Source of the DNA: a virus
Taxonomy: Duplodnaviria; Heunggongvirae; Uroviricota; Caudoviricetes
Virus record (IMG/VR): IMGVR_UViG_3300045988_147492
DNA: 26,796 nucleotides
Direction: 5' to 3' (one strand)
The notes under the pieces are model-generated. The model was given only the letters and a program-made list of their open reading frames with translations. It searched no databases and was not told the DNA's origin. Shown here piece after piece: positions 7,245 through 16,110 of the stretch; the first letter of the stretch is position 1, and each line of letters starts with the position of its first letter. Both the position numbers and the translations under genes were made by a program.

Positions 7245-7417
7245 GAATACCTCGCCGTGATGAATACACGGCAAGGCTACTGAGTCGCGCCCCGCGATTC
7301 GCTAAGGTGCTGTTGTATCAGTGATAAGCCATCCGGGACTGATGGCGGAGGATGCGCATCGTCGGGAAACTGATGCCGACATGTGACTCCTCTAATCACT
7401 ATTCAGGACTCCTGACA
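7245..7417. promoter_or_regulatory. Divergent late-promoter region between P (leftward) and O (rightward), containing the candidate activator element cTGTTGTaTCA...CCA at 7310-7331
   Basis: This is the intergenic gap between two divergent late operons. The 22-bp element at 7310-7331 recurs upstream of FI at 19944-19965 (CTGTTGTnTCA...CCA, TGT-N12-CCA), resembling the Ogr-dependent late-promoter dyad (TGT-N12-ACA) recalled for P2. Confidence 0.4.
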
Positions 7418-8272
7418 ATGGCAAAAAAAGTCTCAAAATTCTTTCGTATCGGCGTTGAGGGTGACACCTGTGACGGGCGTGTCATCAGTGCGCAGGATAT
7501 TCAGGAAATGGCCGAAACCTTTGACCCGCGAGTCTATGGTTGCCGCATTAACCTGGAACATCTGCGCGGCATCCTGCCTGACGGTATTTTTAAGCGTTAT
7601 GGTGATGTGGCCGAACTGAAGGCCGAAAAGATTGACGATGATTCGGCGCTGAAAGGCAAATGGGCGCTGTTTGCGAAAATCACCCCGACCGATGACCTTA
7701 TCGCGATGAACAAGGCAGCGCAGAAGGTCTATACCTCAATGGAAATTCAGCCGAACTTTGCCAATACAGGCAAATGTTATCTGGTGGGTCTGGCCGTCAC
7801 CGATGACCCGGCAAGCCTCGGCACGGAATACCTGGAATTCTGCCGCACGGCAAAACACAACCCTCTGAACCGCTTCAAATTAAGCCCTGAAAACCTGATT
7901 TCAGTGGCAACGCCTGTTGAGCTGGAATTTGAAGACCTGCCTGAAACCGTGTTCACCGCCCTGACCGAAAAGGTGAAATCCATTTTTGGCCGCAAACAGG
8001 CCAGCGATGACGCCCGTCTGAATGACGTGCATGAAGCGGTGACCGCTGTCGCTGAGCATGTGCAGGAAAAACTGAGCGCCACTGAGCAGCGCCTTGCTGA
8101 GATGGAAACCGCCTTTTCCGCACTTAAGCAGGATGTGACTGACAGGGCGGATGAAACCAGTCAGGCATTCACCCGCCTGAAAAACAGTCTCGACCACACC
8201 GAAAGTCTGACCCAGCAGCGCCGCAGCAAAGCCACCGGCGGTGGCGGTGACGCCCTGATGACGAACTGCTGA
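7418..8272 (+). CDS. O: Capsid scaffolding protein (284 aa)
   Basis: The ATG at 7418 (MAKKVSKFFRIG...) with an upstream AGGA gives 284 aa, the length of P2 gpO; the track's longer 306-aa start at 7352 is rejected. It is the first gene of the rightward head operon. Confidence 0.9.
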   Translation: MAKKVSKFFRIGVEGDTCDGRVISAQDIQEMAETFDPRVYGCRINLEHLRGILPDGIFKRYGDVAELKAEKIDDDSALKGKWALFAKITPTDDLIAMNKAAQKVYTSMEIQPNFANTGKCYLVGLAVTDDPASLGTEYLEFCRTAKHNPLNRFKLSPENLISVATPVELEFEDLPETVFTALTEKVKSIFGRKQASDDARLNDVHEAVTAVAEHVQEKLSATEQRLAEMETAFSALKQDVTDRADETSQAFTRLKNSLDHTESLTQQRRSKATGGGGDALMTNC

Positions 8273-8330
8273 CCGGCGTCAGTCAGTCCGGGAAAACCTT
8301 CACGATTAACTCTTAATTTCAGGAAAAACT

Positions 8331-9404
8331 ATGCGCCAGGAAACCCGCTTTAAATTTAATGCCTACCTGTCCCGTGTTGCCGAACTGAACGGCATCGACG
8401 CCGGTGATGTGTCGAAAAAATTCACCGTTGAACCGTCGGTCACCCAGACCCTGATGAACACCATGCAGGAGTCCTCTGACTTTCTGACCCGTATCAACAT
8501 TGTGCCGGTCAGCGAAATGAAAGGGGAAAAAATTGGCATCGGTGTCACCGGCTCCATCGCCAGCACCACCGACACCGCCGGTGGCACCGAGCGTCAGCCG
8601 AAGGACTTCTCGAAGCTGGCGTCAAACAAGTACGAATGCGACCAGATTAACTTCGATTTTTATATCCGCTACAAAACGCTGGACCTGTGGGCGCGTTATC
8701 AGGATTTCCAGCTCCGTATCCGTAACGCCATTATCAAACGCCAGTCCCTTGATTTCATCATGGCCGGTTTTAACGGCGTGAAGCGTGCCGAAACCTCTGA
8801 CCGCAACAGCAATCCGATGCTGCAGGATGTGGCGGTCGGCTGGCTGCAGAAATACCGCAATGAAGCCCCGGCGCGCGTGATGAGCAAGGTTACTGACGAG
8901 GAAGGTCACACGACCTCTGAGGTCATCCGCGTGGGTAAGGGCGGTGATTATGCCAGCCTCGATGCACTGGTGATGGATGCGACCAACAACCTGATTGAGC
9001 CGTGGTATCAGGAAGACCCTGACCTTGTGGTGATTGTGGGGCGTCAGCTACTGGCGGACAAGTATTTCCCCATCGTCAACAAAGAGCAGGACAACAGCGA
9101 AATGCTGGCCGCTGACGTCATCATCAGTCAGAAACGCATCGGTAACCTGCCGGCGGTACGCGTCCCGTACTTCCCGGCGGATGCGATGCTCATCACGAAG
9201 CTGGAAAACCTGTCCATCTACTACATGGATGACAGCCATCGCCGCGTGATTGAGGAAAACCCGAAACTCGACCGCGTGGAGAACTACGAGTCAATGAACA
9301 TTGATTACGTGGTGGAGGACTACGCCGCCGGTTGTCTGGTGGAAAAAATTAAAGTCGGTGATTTCTCCACACCGGCTAAAGCGACCGCAGAGCCGGGAGC
9401 GTAA
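8331..9404 (+). CDS. N: Major capsid protein (357 aa)
   Basis: Length and position match P2 gpN, immediately after O. Confidence 0.93.
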   Translation: MRQETRFKFNAYLSRVAELNGIDAGDVSKKFTVEPSVTQTLMNTMQESSDFLTRINIVPVSEMKGEKIGIGVTGSIASTTDTAGGTERQPKDFSKLASNKYECDQINFDFYIRYKTLDLWARYQDFQLRIRNAIIKRQSLDFIMAGFNGVKRAETSDRNSNPMLQDVAVGWLQKYRNEAPARVMSKVTDEEGHTTSEVIRVGKGGDYASLDALVMDATNNLIEPWYQEDPDLVVIVGRQLLADKYFPIVNKEQDNSEMLAADVIISQKRIGNLPAVRVPYFPADAMLITKLENLSIYYMDDSHRRVIEENPKLDRVENYESMNIDYVVEDYAAGCLVEKIKVGDFSTPAKATAEPGA

Positions 9405-9407
9405 CCG

Positions 9408-10151
9408 ATGACGAGTCCCGCACAGCGCCACATGATGCGGGTCTCGGCAGCGATGACCGCGCAGCGGGAAGCCGCCCCGCTGCGACATGCAACTGTCTAT
9501 GAGCAGATGCTGGTCAAGCTGGCCGCAGACCAGCGCACACTGAAAGCGATTTATTCAAAAGAGCTGAAGGCCGCGAAAAAACGCGAACTGCTGCCGTTCT
9601 GGTTGCCGTGGGTGAACGGCGTGCTGGAGCAGGGCAAAGGTGCACAGGATGACATTCTGATGACGGTCATGCTGTGGCGTCTGGATACCGGCGATATTGC
9701 CGGTGCGCTGGAGATTGCCCGTTATGCCCTGAAGTACGGTCTGACCATGCCGGGTAAACACCGCCGCACCCCGCCGTACATGTTCACCGAGGAGGTGGCG
9801 CTCGCGGCCATGCGCGCTCACGCTGCCGGTGAGTCTGTGGATACCCGCCTGCTGACGGAGACCCTTGAACTGACCGCCACGGCTGACATGCCTGATGAAG
9901 TGCGCGCAAAGCTGCACAAAATCACCGGTCTGTTTCTGCGTGACGGTGGTGATGCCGCCGGTGCGCTGGCTCACCTGCAACGTGCGACACAGCTCGACTG
10001 TCAGGCAGGTGTCAAAAAAGAGATTGAACGACTGGAGCGGGAGCTGAAACCGAAGCCGGAGCCGCAGCCCAAAGCGGCCACCCGCGCCCCGCGTAAGACC
10101 CGGAGCGTGACACCGGCAAAACGTGGACGCCCGAAAAAGAAAGCCAGTTAA
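9408..10151 (+). CDS. M: Terminase small subunit (247 aa) with a basic Lys/Pro/Arg-rich C-terminus
   Basis: Length and position match P2 gpM; starts 4 nt after the N stop. Confidence 0.9.
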   Translation: MTSPAQRHMMRVSAAMTAQREAAPLRHATVYEQMLVKLAADQRTLKAIYSKELKAAKKRELLPFWLPWVNGVLEQGKGAQDDILMTVMLWRLDTGDIAGALEIARYALKYGLTMPGKHRRTPPYMFTEEVALAAMRAHAAGESVDTRLLTETLELTATADMPDEVRAKLHKITGLFLRDGGDAAGALAHLQRATQLDCQAGVKKEIERLERELKPKPEPQPKAATRAPRKTRSVTPAKRGRPKKKAS

Positions 10152-10250
10152 CAACCGAATGCGCCCCGCGCCAGGGCGGCACGCCGGTCAGTGTGGGTGA
10201 ATCACCTGACACTGTACCGGCGTCCACCGCCCGACTTTTCTGAGGTAGTC

Positions 10251-10760
10251 ATGATGACGCTGATTATTCCGCGAAAGGAGGCTCCCGTGTCCGGTGAGGG
10301 TACGGTGGTCATCCCGCAACCGGCAGGCGACGAGCCGGTGATTAAAAACACGTTCTTTTTTCCCGATATCGACCCGAAGCGCGTCCGGGAACGTATGCGC
10401 CTTGAGCAGACCGTCGCCCCCGCCCGTCTGCGAGAGGCCATCAAGTCAGGCATGGCGGAGACGAATGCGGAGCTGTACGAGTACCGCGAACAGAAAATTG
10501 CCGCCGGTTTTACGCGTCTGGCGGACGTCCCGGCGGACGACATCGACGGTGAAAGCATCAAGGTTTTTTACTACGAGCGCGCCGTGTGTGCGATGGCGAC
10601 CGCGTCGCTTTATGAGCGTTATCGCGGCGTGGATGCCAGTGCGAAAGGCGACAAAAAGGCCGACAGCATAGACAGCACCATTGATGAGTTGTGGCGGGAT
10701 ATGCGCTGGGCGGTGGCGCGTATCCAGGACAAGCCGCGCTGCATCGTGAGTCAAATCTGA
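10251..10760 (+). CDS. L: Head completion protein (169 aa)
   Basis: The ATG at 10251 (MMTLIIPRK...) with GAGGTAG upstream gives 169 aa, the length of P2 gpL; the track's 189-aa start is rejected. Its stop overlaps the X start (ATGA). Confidence 0.88.
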   Translation: MMTLIIPRKEAPVSGEGTVVIPQPAGDEPVIKNTFFFPDIDPKRVRERMRLEQTVAPARLREAIKSGMAETNAELYEYREQKIAAGFTRLADVPADDIDGESIKVFYYERAVCAMATASLYERYRGVDASAKGDKKADSIDSTIDELWRDMRWAVARIQDKPRCIVSQI

Positions 10761-10963
10761 TGAAGACCTTTGCGCTACAGGGCGACACGCTCGACGCCAT
10801 TTGTGTCCGGTATTACGGGCGCACTGAGGGCGTGGTTGAGACCGTGCTCGCCGCAAATCCGGGACTGGCTGAACTGGGTGCGGTGCTGCCACACGGCACC
10901 GCCGTCGAACTGCCCGACGTTCAGACCGCGCCCGTGGCTGAAACTGTCAATCTGTGGGAGTAA
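10760..10963 (+). CDS. X: Small tail protein X (67 aa)
   Basis: The in-frame ATG at 10760 (MKTFALQGDTLDAICVRYYG...) gives 67 aa, the size of P2 gpX; the track's longer 90-aa start at 10691 would overlap L extensively and is rejected. Confidence 0.85.
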   Translation: MKTFALQGDTLDAICVRYYGRTEGVVETVLAANPGLAELGAVLPHGTAVELPDVQTAPVAETVNLWE

Positions 10964-10966
10964 CGC

Positions 10967-11248
10967 ATGACAGCAGAAGAAAAAAGCGTCCTGTCGCTTT
11001 TCATGATTGGGGTGCTGATTGTTGTCGGCAAGGTGCTTGCCGGTGGTGAACCAATCACCCCGCGTCTGTTTATCGGGCGCATGTTGCTCGGTGGTTTTGT
11101 CTCGATGGTTGCCGGTGTTGTTCTGGTGCAGTTTCCTGACCTGTCACTGCCTGCGGTGTGCGGTATCGGCTCCATGCTGGGTATCGCCGGTTATCAGGTG
11201 ATTGAGATTGCCATTCAGCGCCGTTTTAAGGGCAGGGGGAAACAGTAA
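10967..11248 (+). CDS. Y: Holin (93 aa) with hydrophobic transmembrane segments
   Basis: Size and position match P2 gpY; hydrophobic stretches at residues about 9-30 and 40-60; immediately precedes the endolysin. Confidence 0.85.
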   Translation: MTAEEKSVLSLFMIGVLIVVGKVLAGGEPITPRLFIGRMLLGGFVSMVAGVVLVQFPDLSLPAVCGIGSMLGIAGYQVIEIAIQRRFKGRGKQ

Positions 11249-11745
11249 TGCCGGTAATTAACACGCATCAGAATATCGCGGCCTTTCTCGACATGCTGGC
11301 CGTGTCCGAAGGGACGGCGAATCATCCGCTGACGAAAAACCGGGGCTATGACGTGATAGTCACCGGACTGGACGGGAAGCCGGAAATTTTCACTGACTAC
11401 AGTGACCACCCGTTTGCGCATGGCCGACCGGCGAAGGTGTTTAACCGTCGCGGTGAAAAATCCACGGCCTCCGGTCGCTATCAGCAGCTTTACCTGTTCT
11501 GGCCGCACTACCGCAAACAGCTTGCCCTGCCGGATTTCAGTCCGTTGTCACAGGACAGGCTCGCCATTCAGTTGATCCGCGAACGCGGTGCACTGGATGA
11601 CATCCGGGCGGGACGCATTGAGCGCGCCATTTCACGCTGTCGCAATATCTGGGCGTCCCTGCCGGGTGCCGGTTACGGTCAGCGTGAGCATTCACTGGAA
11701 AAACTGGTCACCGTCTGGCGTACCGCTGGCGGCGTACCGGCTTAA
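11248..11745 (+). CDS. K: Endolysin (lysozyme-like murein hydrolase), 165 aa
   Basis: Size and position match P2 gpK; start overlaps the Y stop. Confidence 0.9.
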   Translation: MPVINTHQNIAAFLDMLAVSEGTANHPLTKNRGYDVIVTGLDGKPEIFTDYSDHPFAHGRPAKVFNRRGEKSTASGRYQQLYLFWPHYRKQLALPDFSPLSQDRLAIQLIRERGALDDIRAGRIERAISRCRNIWASLPGAGYGQREHSLEKLVTVWRTAGGVPA

Positions 11746-11759
11746 ACGGAGTAAACACC

Positions 11760-12185
11760 ATGAAGAAATTATCCCTTTCACTGATGCTGAATGTGTCGCT
11801 GGCGCTGATGCTGGCACTGTCCCTGATTTACCCGCAGAGCGTGGCCGTCAATTTTGTCGCCACCTGGGCGATTCTGGCGACGGTTATCTGTGTGGTTGCC
11901 GGTGGTGTCGGTGTGTATGCCACTGAGTATGTACTGGAACGCTACGGACGGGAGCTGCCGCCGGAATCGCTGGCCGTGAAGATTGTCACGTCGCTGTTTT
12001 TGCAGCCGGTGCCGTGGCGCAGACGGGCAGTAGCTCTGGTGGTGATGGTGGCGACATTTATCTCGCTGGTCGCTGCCGGGTGGATTTTTACCGCGCTGAT
12101 TTATCTCGTGGCATCGGTGTTCTTCCGGCTGATACGTACGGCCTGCCGTCAGCGTTTTGAGGGGCGGGAACCATGTCAAGGCTGA
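11760..12185 (+). CDS. lysA: Lysis-timing membrane protein LysA (141 aa), several predicted transmembrane helices
   Basis: Size and position match P2 lysA; strongly hydrophobic sequence. Confidence 0.8.
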   Translation: MKKLSLSLMLNVSLALMLALSLIYPQSVAVNFVATWAILATVICVVAGGVGVYATEYVLERYGRELPPESLAVKIVTSLFLQPVPWRRRAVALVVMVATFISLVAAGWIFTALIYLVASVFFRLIRTACRQRFEGREPCQG

Positions 12186-12598
12186 TGATTGTGCTGGTCG
12201 TGTTGTTATCGCTGGCGGTGGCGGGTCTGTTTCTGGCGAAGCATAAAAACGCCAGCCTGCGCACCTCACTGGACAGGGCAAACAACGTAGCCAGCGAGCA
12301 ACAGGCGACCATCACCATGCTGAAAAATCAGCTTCATGTTGCGCTCACCAGGGCAGACAAAAACGAGCTGGCGCAGGTGGCACTGCGTCAGGAACTGGAA
12401 AACGCCGCGAAGCGTGAAGCTCAGCGCGAGAAAACCATCACGAGATTACTCAATGAAAACGAAGATTTCCGCCGCTGGTATGGCGCTGACCTGCCTGATG
12501 CTGTGCGCCGGTTGCACCAGCGCCCCGCCTGCACCGACGCCAGTGATTGTCCACAACGCCTGCCCGAAAGTGAGTCTTTGCCCGATGCCGGGCAGTGA
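12173..12598 (+). CDS. lysB: Rz-like inner-membrane spanin LysB (141 aa): N-terminal transmembrane helix plus coiled coil
   Basis: Size and position match P2 lysB; N-terminal hydrophobic helix (IVLVVLLSLAVAGLFLA) followed by a charged helical region. Confidence 0.8.
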   Translation: MSRLMIVLVVLLSLAVAGLFLAKHKNASLRTSLDRANNVASEQQATITMLKNQLHVALTRADKNELAQVALRQELENAAKREAQREKTITRLLNENEDFRRWYGADLPDAVRRLHQRPACTDASDCPQRLPESESLPDAGQ

Positions 12599-12743
12599 CC
12601 CGCAGACGAACGGCGATTTAAGTGCCGATATCCGGCAGCTTGAGAACGCGCTGGCACGCTGTGCCAGCCAGGTAAAAATGATTAAACACTGTCAGGACGA
12701 AAACGATGCTCAAACCCGACAGCCTGCGCAGGGCGCTGACTGA
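12453..12743 (+). CDS. lysC: Rz1-like outer-membrane lipoprotein spanin LysC (96 aa), embedded out of frame in the 3' end of lysB and overlapping the start of R
   Basis: ATG at 12453 in the +1 frame relative to lysB. Signal peptide ends in LCAGC (lipobox-like) and is followed by a Pro-rich mature region. The 96-aa size equals P2 LysC. The ORF track shows the enclosing ORF at 12336-12743. Confidence 0.7.
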   Translation: MKTKISAAGMALTCLMLCAGCTSAPPAPTPVIVHNACPKVSLCPMPGSDPQTNGDLSADIRQLENALARCASQVKMIKHCQDENDAQTRQPAQGAD

Positions 12744-13173
12744 TGCCGTCACGGTGCTGAAAACTAACCCCGATATGCTTCGGATATTCGTGGATAACGG
12801 GAGTATTGCCTCCACACTGGCGGCGTCGCTGTCATTCGAAAAGCGTTACACGCTCAATGTGATTGTGACCGACTTTACCGGTGATTTTGACCTGCTCATC
12901 GTGCCGGTGCTGGCGTGGCTGCGGGAAAATCAGCCCGACATCATGACCACCGACGCAGGCCAGAAAAAGGGCTTCACGTTTTATGCAGACATCAACAATG
13001 ACAGCAGCTTTGATATCAGTATCAGCCTGATGCTGACCGAGCGCACGCTGGTCAGTGAGGTTGACGGTGCGCTGCATGTGAAGAATATCCCGGAACCCAC
13101 GCCGCCGGAGCCGGTCACCCGCCCGATGGAGCTTTATATCAATGGCGAACTGGTGAGCAAGTGGGATGAATGA
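12706..13173 (+). CDS. R: Tail completion protein R (155 aa)
   Basis: Size and position match P2 gpR. Confidence 0.85.
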   Translation: MLKPDSLRRALTDAVTVLKTNPDMLRIFVDNGSIASTLAASLSFEKRYTLNVIVTDFTGDFDLLIVPVLAWLRENQPDIMTTDAGQKKGFTFYADINNDSSFDISISLMLTERTLVSEVDGALHVKNIPEPTPPEPVTRPMELYINGELVSKWDE

Positions 13174-13618
13174 GTTTAAGCGTTTTGAAGACCGGCTGAC
13201 CGGACTGATTGAGTCGCTGTCACCGTCAGGGCGTCGACGACTGAGTGCCGAACTGGCGAAACGTCTGCGGCAGAGTCAGCAGCGTCGGGTGATGGCACAG
13301 AAAGCCCCGGACGGTACACCCTACGTGCCACGCCAGCAGCAGAGCGCCAGAAAAAAGACCGGTCGCGTTAAGCGAAAAATGTTTGCGAAACTTATTACCA
13401 GTCGTTTTTTGCATATCCGCGCCAGCCCGGAGCAGGCATCAATGGAATTTTACGGCGGGAAGTCGCCGAAAATCGCCAGTGTGCATCAGTTCGGTCTGTC
13501 GGAAGAAAACCGGAAAGACGGTAAGAAAATTGATTATCCGGCGCGTCCTCTGCTCGGCTTTACCGGTGAGGATGTGCAGATGATTGAAGAGATTATCCTG
13601 GCTCACCTCGACCGTTAG
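13166..13618 (+). CDS. S: Tail completion protein S (150 aa)
   Basis: Size and position match P2 gpS; overlaps the R stop by 8 nt. Confidence 0.85.
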   Translation: MNEFKRFEDRLTGLIESLSPSGRRRLSAELAKRLRQSQQRRVMAQKAPDGTPYVPRQQQSARKKTGRVKRKMFAKLITSRFLHIRASPEQASMEFYGGKSPKIASVHQFGLSEENRKDGKKIDYPARPLLGFTGEDVQMIEEIILAHLDR

Positions 13619-13684
13619 TTGTGCCATTCCCGACACCTCATCGTCACATTGCCGCCGGTATGACCCGGCGGCATCCTTCCCGTT
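13619..13684 (+). promoter_or_regulatory. Late promoter region for the V-W-J-I-H-G operon; TGT-N12-ACC element at 13620-13637
   Basis: 66-bp intergenic gap between S and V containing tgt-gccattcccgac-acc; inferred from P2 late-promoter architecture. Confidence 0.3.
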
Positions 13685-14320
13685 ATGAACACTCTCGCAA
13701 ATATTCAGGAACTCGCGCGCGCACTGCGCAACATGATCCGCACCGGCATTATCGTCGAAACCGACCTTAACGCCGGTCGCTGCCGTGTGCAGACCGGCGG
13801 CATGTGCACCGACTGGCTTCAGTGGCTGACCCATCGCGCCGGACGTTCGCGCACATGGTGGGCACCTTCCGTGGGGGAACAGGTGCTGATTCTGGCCGTG
13901 GGCGGTGAACTCGACACGGCGTTCGTTCTGCCGGGGATTTATTCCGGCGATAACCCCGCGCCGTCTGCGTCGGCGGATGCCCTGCATATCCGTTTCCCTG
14001 ACGGGGCGGTGATTGAGTATGAACCTGAAACCAGTGCACTGACGGTAAGCGGAATTAAAACGGCCAGCGTGACGGCTTCTGATTCTGTTACCGCCACGGT
14101 GCCGGTGGTCACGGTGAAAGCGTCAACCCGTGTCACCCTGGACACACCGGAAGTGGTCTGCACTAACAAACTGACTACCGGCACGCTGGAAGTGCAGAAG
14201 GGCGGGACGATGCGCGGCAACATTGAACACACCGGCGGTGAACTCTCATCAAACGGTAAGGTACTGCATACCCATAAACACCCCGGCGACAGTGGCGGCA
14301 CAACAGGGGGACCTCTATGA
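13685..14320 (+). CDS. V: Baseplate central spike protein (211 aa)
   Basis: Size and position match P2 gpV. Confidence 0.9.
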   Translation: MNTLANIQELARALRNMIRTGIIVETDLNAGRCRVQTGGMCTDWLQWLTHRAGRSRTWWAPSVGEQVLILAVGGELDTAFVLPGIYSGDNPAPSASADALHIRFPDGAVIEYEPETSALTVSGIKTASVTASDSVTATVPVVTVKASTRVTLDTPEVVCTNKLTTGTLEVQKGGTMRGNIEHTGGELSSNGKVLHTHKHPGDSGGTTGGPL

Positions 14321-14664
14321 CTGCGCGTTATCTCGGAATGAATCGCAGTGATGGCCTGACGGTCACTGACCTTGAGCATATCAGCCAGAGTATCGGCGAT
14401 ATCCTGCGCACACCGGTCGGCTCACGGGTGATGCGTCGTGATTACGGCTCGTTGCTGGCGTCAATGATTGACCAGCCGCAGACCCCGGCGCTTGAGTTGC
14501 AGATTAAGGTCGCCTGTTACATGGCGGTGCTGAAATGGGAACCCCGCGTCACCCTGTCATCCGTCACCACTGAGCGCAGTTTTGACGGGCGAATGACTGT
14601 CACTTTGACCGGCCAGCACAACGACACCGGCCAGCCACTTTCGTTAACCATCCCTGTGAGTTGA
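14317..14664 (+). CDS. W: Baseplate wedge protein W (115 aa)
   Basis: Size and position match P2 gpW; start overlaps the V stop. Confidence 0.88.
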   Translation: MTARYLGMNRSDGLTVTDLEHISQSIGDILRTPVGSRVMRRDYGSLLASMIDQPQTPALELQIKVACYMAVLKWEPRVTLSSVTTERSFDGRMTVTLTGQHNDTGQPLSLTIPVS

Positions 14665-14668
14665 AACC

Positions 14669-15577
14669 ATGCCGATTATCGACCTGAACCAGCTACCCGC
14701 ACCGGATGTGGTCGAGGAGCTGGACTTTGAAACCATTCTCGCTGAACGCAAGGCGACACTGATTTCCCTTTACCCGGAAGACCAGCAGGAGGCGGTCGCC
14801 CGTACCCTGACGCTGGAATCCGAGCCTCTCGTCAAACTGCTGGAGGAAAATGCTTATCGTGAGCTTATCTGGCGTCAGCGTGTGAATGAGGCCGCACGGG
14901 CGGTGATGCTGGCCTGTGCTGCCGGTAATGACCTTGATGTGATTGGTGCCAATTACAACACCACGCGCCTGACTATCACCCCGGCAGATGATTCGACCAT
15001 CCCGCCGACACCGGCAGTAATGGAATCTGACACTGATTATCGTCTGCGTATTCAGCAGGCGTTTGAAGGTTTAAGCGTCGCCGGGTCGGTGGGTGCCTAT
15101 CAGTATCATGGCCGCAGTGCCGACGGGCGTGTCGCGGATATCTCTGTCACCAGTCCGTCTCCGGCCTGTGTCACCATCTCTGTGCTGTCACGTGAAAATA
15201 ACGGTGTCGCTTCCGAAGACCTGCTGGCGGTGGTGCGTAACGCCCTTAATGGCGAGGACGTCAGACCGGTGGCCGACCGCGTGACCGTGCAGTCTGCCGC
15301 CATCGTTGAATACCAGATAAACGCCACACTGTATCTTTACCCTGGTCCCGAAAGCGAACCCATCCGCGCTGCTGCCGTGAAAAAACTGGAAGCGTACATC
15401 ACGGCACAGCACCGGCTGGGGCGCGACATCCGTTTGTCTGCCATTTATGCCGCCTTGCATGTGGAAGGCGTGCAGCGTGTCGAACTGGCTGCACCGCTGG
15501 CCGATATCGTGCTTAACAGCACGCAGGCGTCTTTCTGTACCGAATACCGCGTCGTGACCGGAGGCTCGGATGAGTGA
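14669..15577 (+). CDS. J: Baseplate wedge protein J (302 aa)
   Basis: Size and position match P2 gpJ. Confidence 0.9.
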   Translation: MPIIDLNQLPAPDVVEELDFETILAERKATLISLYPEDQQEAVARTLTLESEPLVKLLEENAYRELIWRQRVNEAARAVMLACAAGNDLDVIGANYNTTRLTITPADDSTIPPTPAVMESDTDYRLRIQQAFEGLSVAGSVGAYQYHGRSADGRVADISVTSPSPACVTISVLSRENNGVASEDLLAVVRNALNGEDVRPVADRVTVQSAAIVEYQINATLYLYPGPESEPIRAAAVKKLEAYITAQHRLGRDIRLSAIYAALHVEGVQRVELAAPLADIVLNSTQASFCTEYRVVTGGSDE

Positions 15578-16100
15578 TTCGCGCCTGCTGCCGACCGGCT
15601 CATCACCGCTTGAAGTCGCTGCCGCGAAAGCCTGTGCGGAAATTGAAAAAACGCCGGTCAGTATTCGTGAGTTGTGGAACCCGGACACCTGCCCGGCAAA
15701 TCTGCTGCCGTGGCTGGCGTGGGCGTTTTCGGTCGACAGGTGGGATGAAAAGTGGCCGGAAGCGACAAAACGCGCCGTTATCCGCGATGCCTATTTCATC
15801 CACTGTCATAAAGGCACTATAGGCGCAATCCGACGCGTGGTGGAGCCGCTCGGCTATCTCATCAACGTGACGGAGTGGTGGGAAAACAGTGACCCGCCCG
15901 GCACCTTCCGGCTTGATATTGGTGTACTGGAAAGCGGTATCACAGAGGCAATGTATCAGGAAATGGAACGGCTGATTGCTGATGCCAAACCTGCAAGCCG
16001 CCACCTTATCGGCCTGAACATTACCCGGGACATTCCCGGCTACCTGTTCGCCGGTGGTGTGGCTTACGACGGCGATGTAATTACGGTTTACCCCGGATAA
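15570..16100 (+). CDS. I: Baseplate protein I (176 aa)
   Basis: Size and position match P2 gpI; overlaps the J stop by 8 nt. Confidence 0.88.
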   Translation: MSDSRLLPTGSSPLEVAAAKACAEIEKTPVSIRELWNPDTCPANLLPWLAWAFSVDRWDEKWPEATKRAVIRDAYFIHCHKGTIGAIRRVVEPLGYLINVTEWWENSDPPGTFRLDIGVLESGITEAMYQEMERLIADAKPASRHLIGLNITRDIPGYLFAGGVAYDGDVITVYPG

Positions 16101-16110
16101 GTGAGGAATA

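Noticed and set aside
5544-7269. Numerous 60-240-aa ORFs on both strands within the terminase gene P (for example 5738-6214, 6507-7217, 7006-7269)
   Set aside because: All are alternative-frame or antisense ORFs of the 590-aa P coding sequence; their Arg/Ala/Gly-rich composition is typical of out-of-frame translation of GC-rich DNA.
7352-7417. Longer upstream starts for O (7352), L (10191), P (7274), X (10691) and ogr (26359)
   Set aside because: Internal ATGs with better Shine-Dalgarno motifs give exactly the protein lengths known for P2 (284, 169, 590, 67 and 72 aa). The upstream extensions use weaker or non-ATG starts and would intrude into promoter regions or the preceding gene.
9555-10227. 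Minus-strand ORFs 9555-10154 and 10012-10227 opposite M
   Set aside because: Antisense to the well-supported terminase small subunit gene; Arg/Gly-rich composition typical of spurious GC-rich ORFs.
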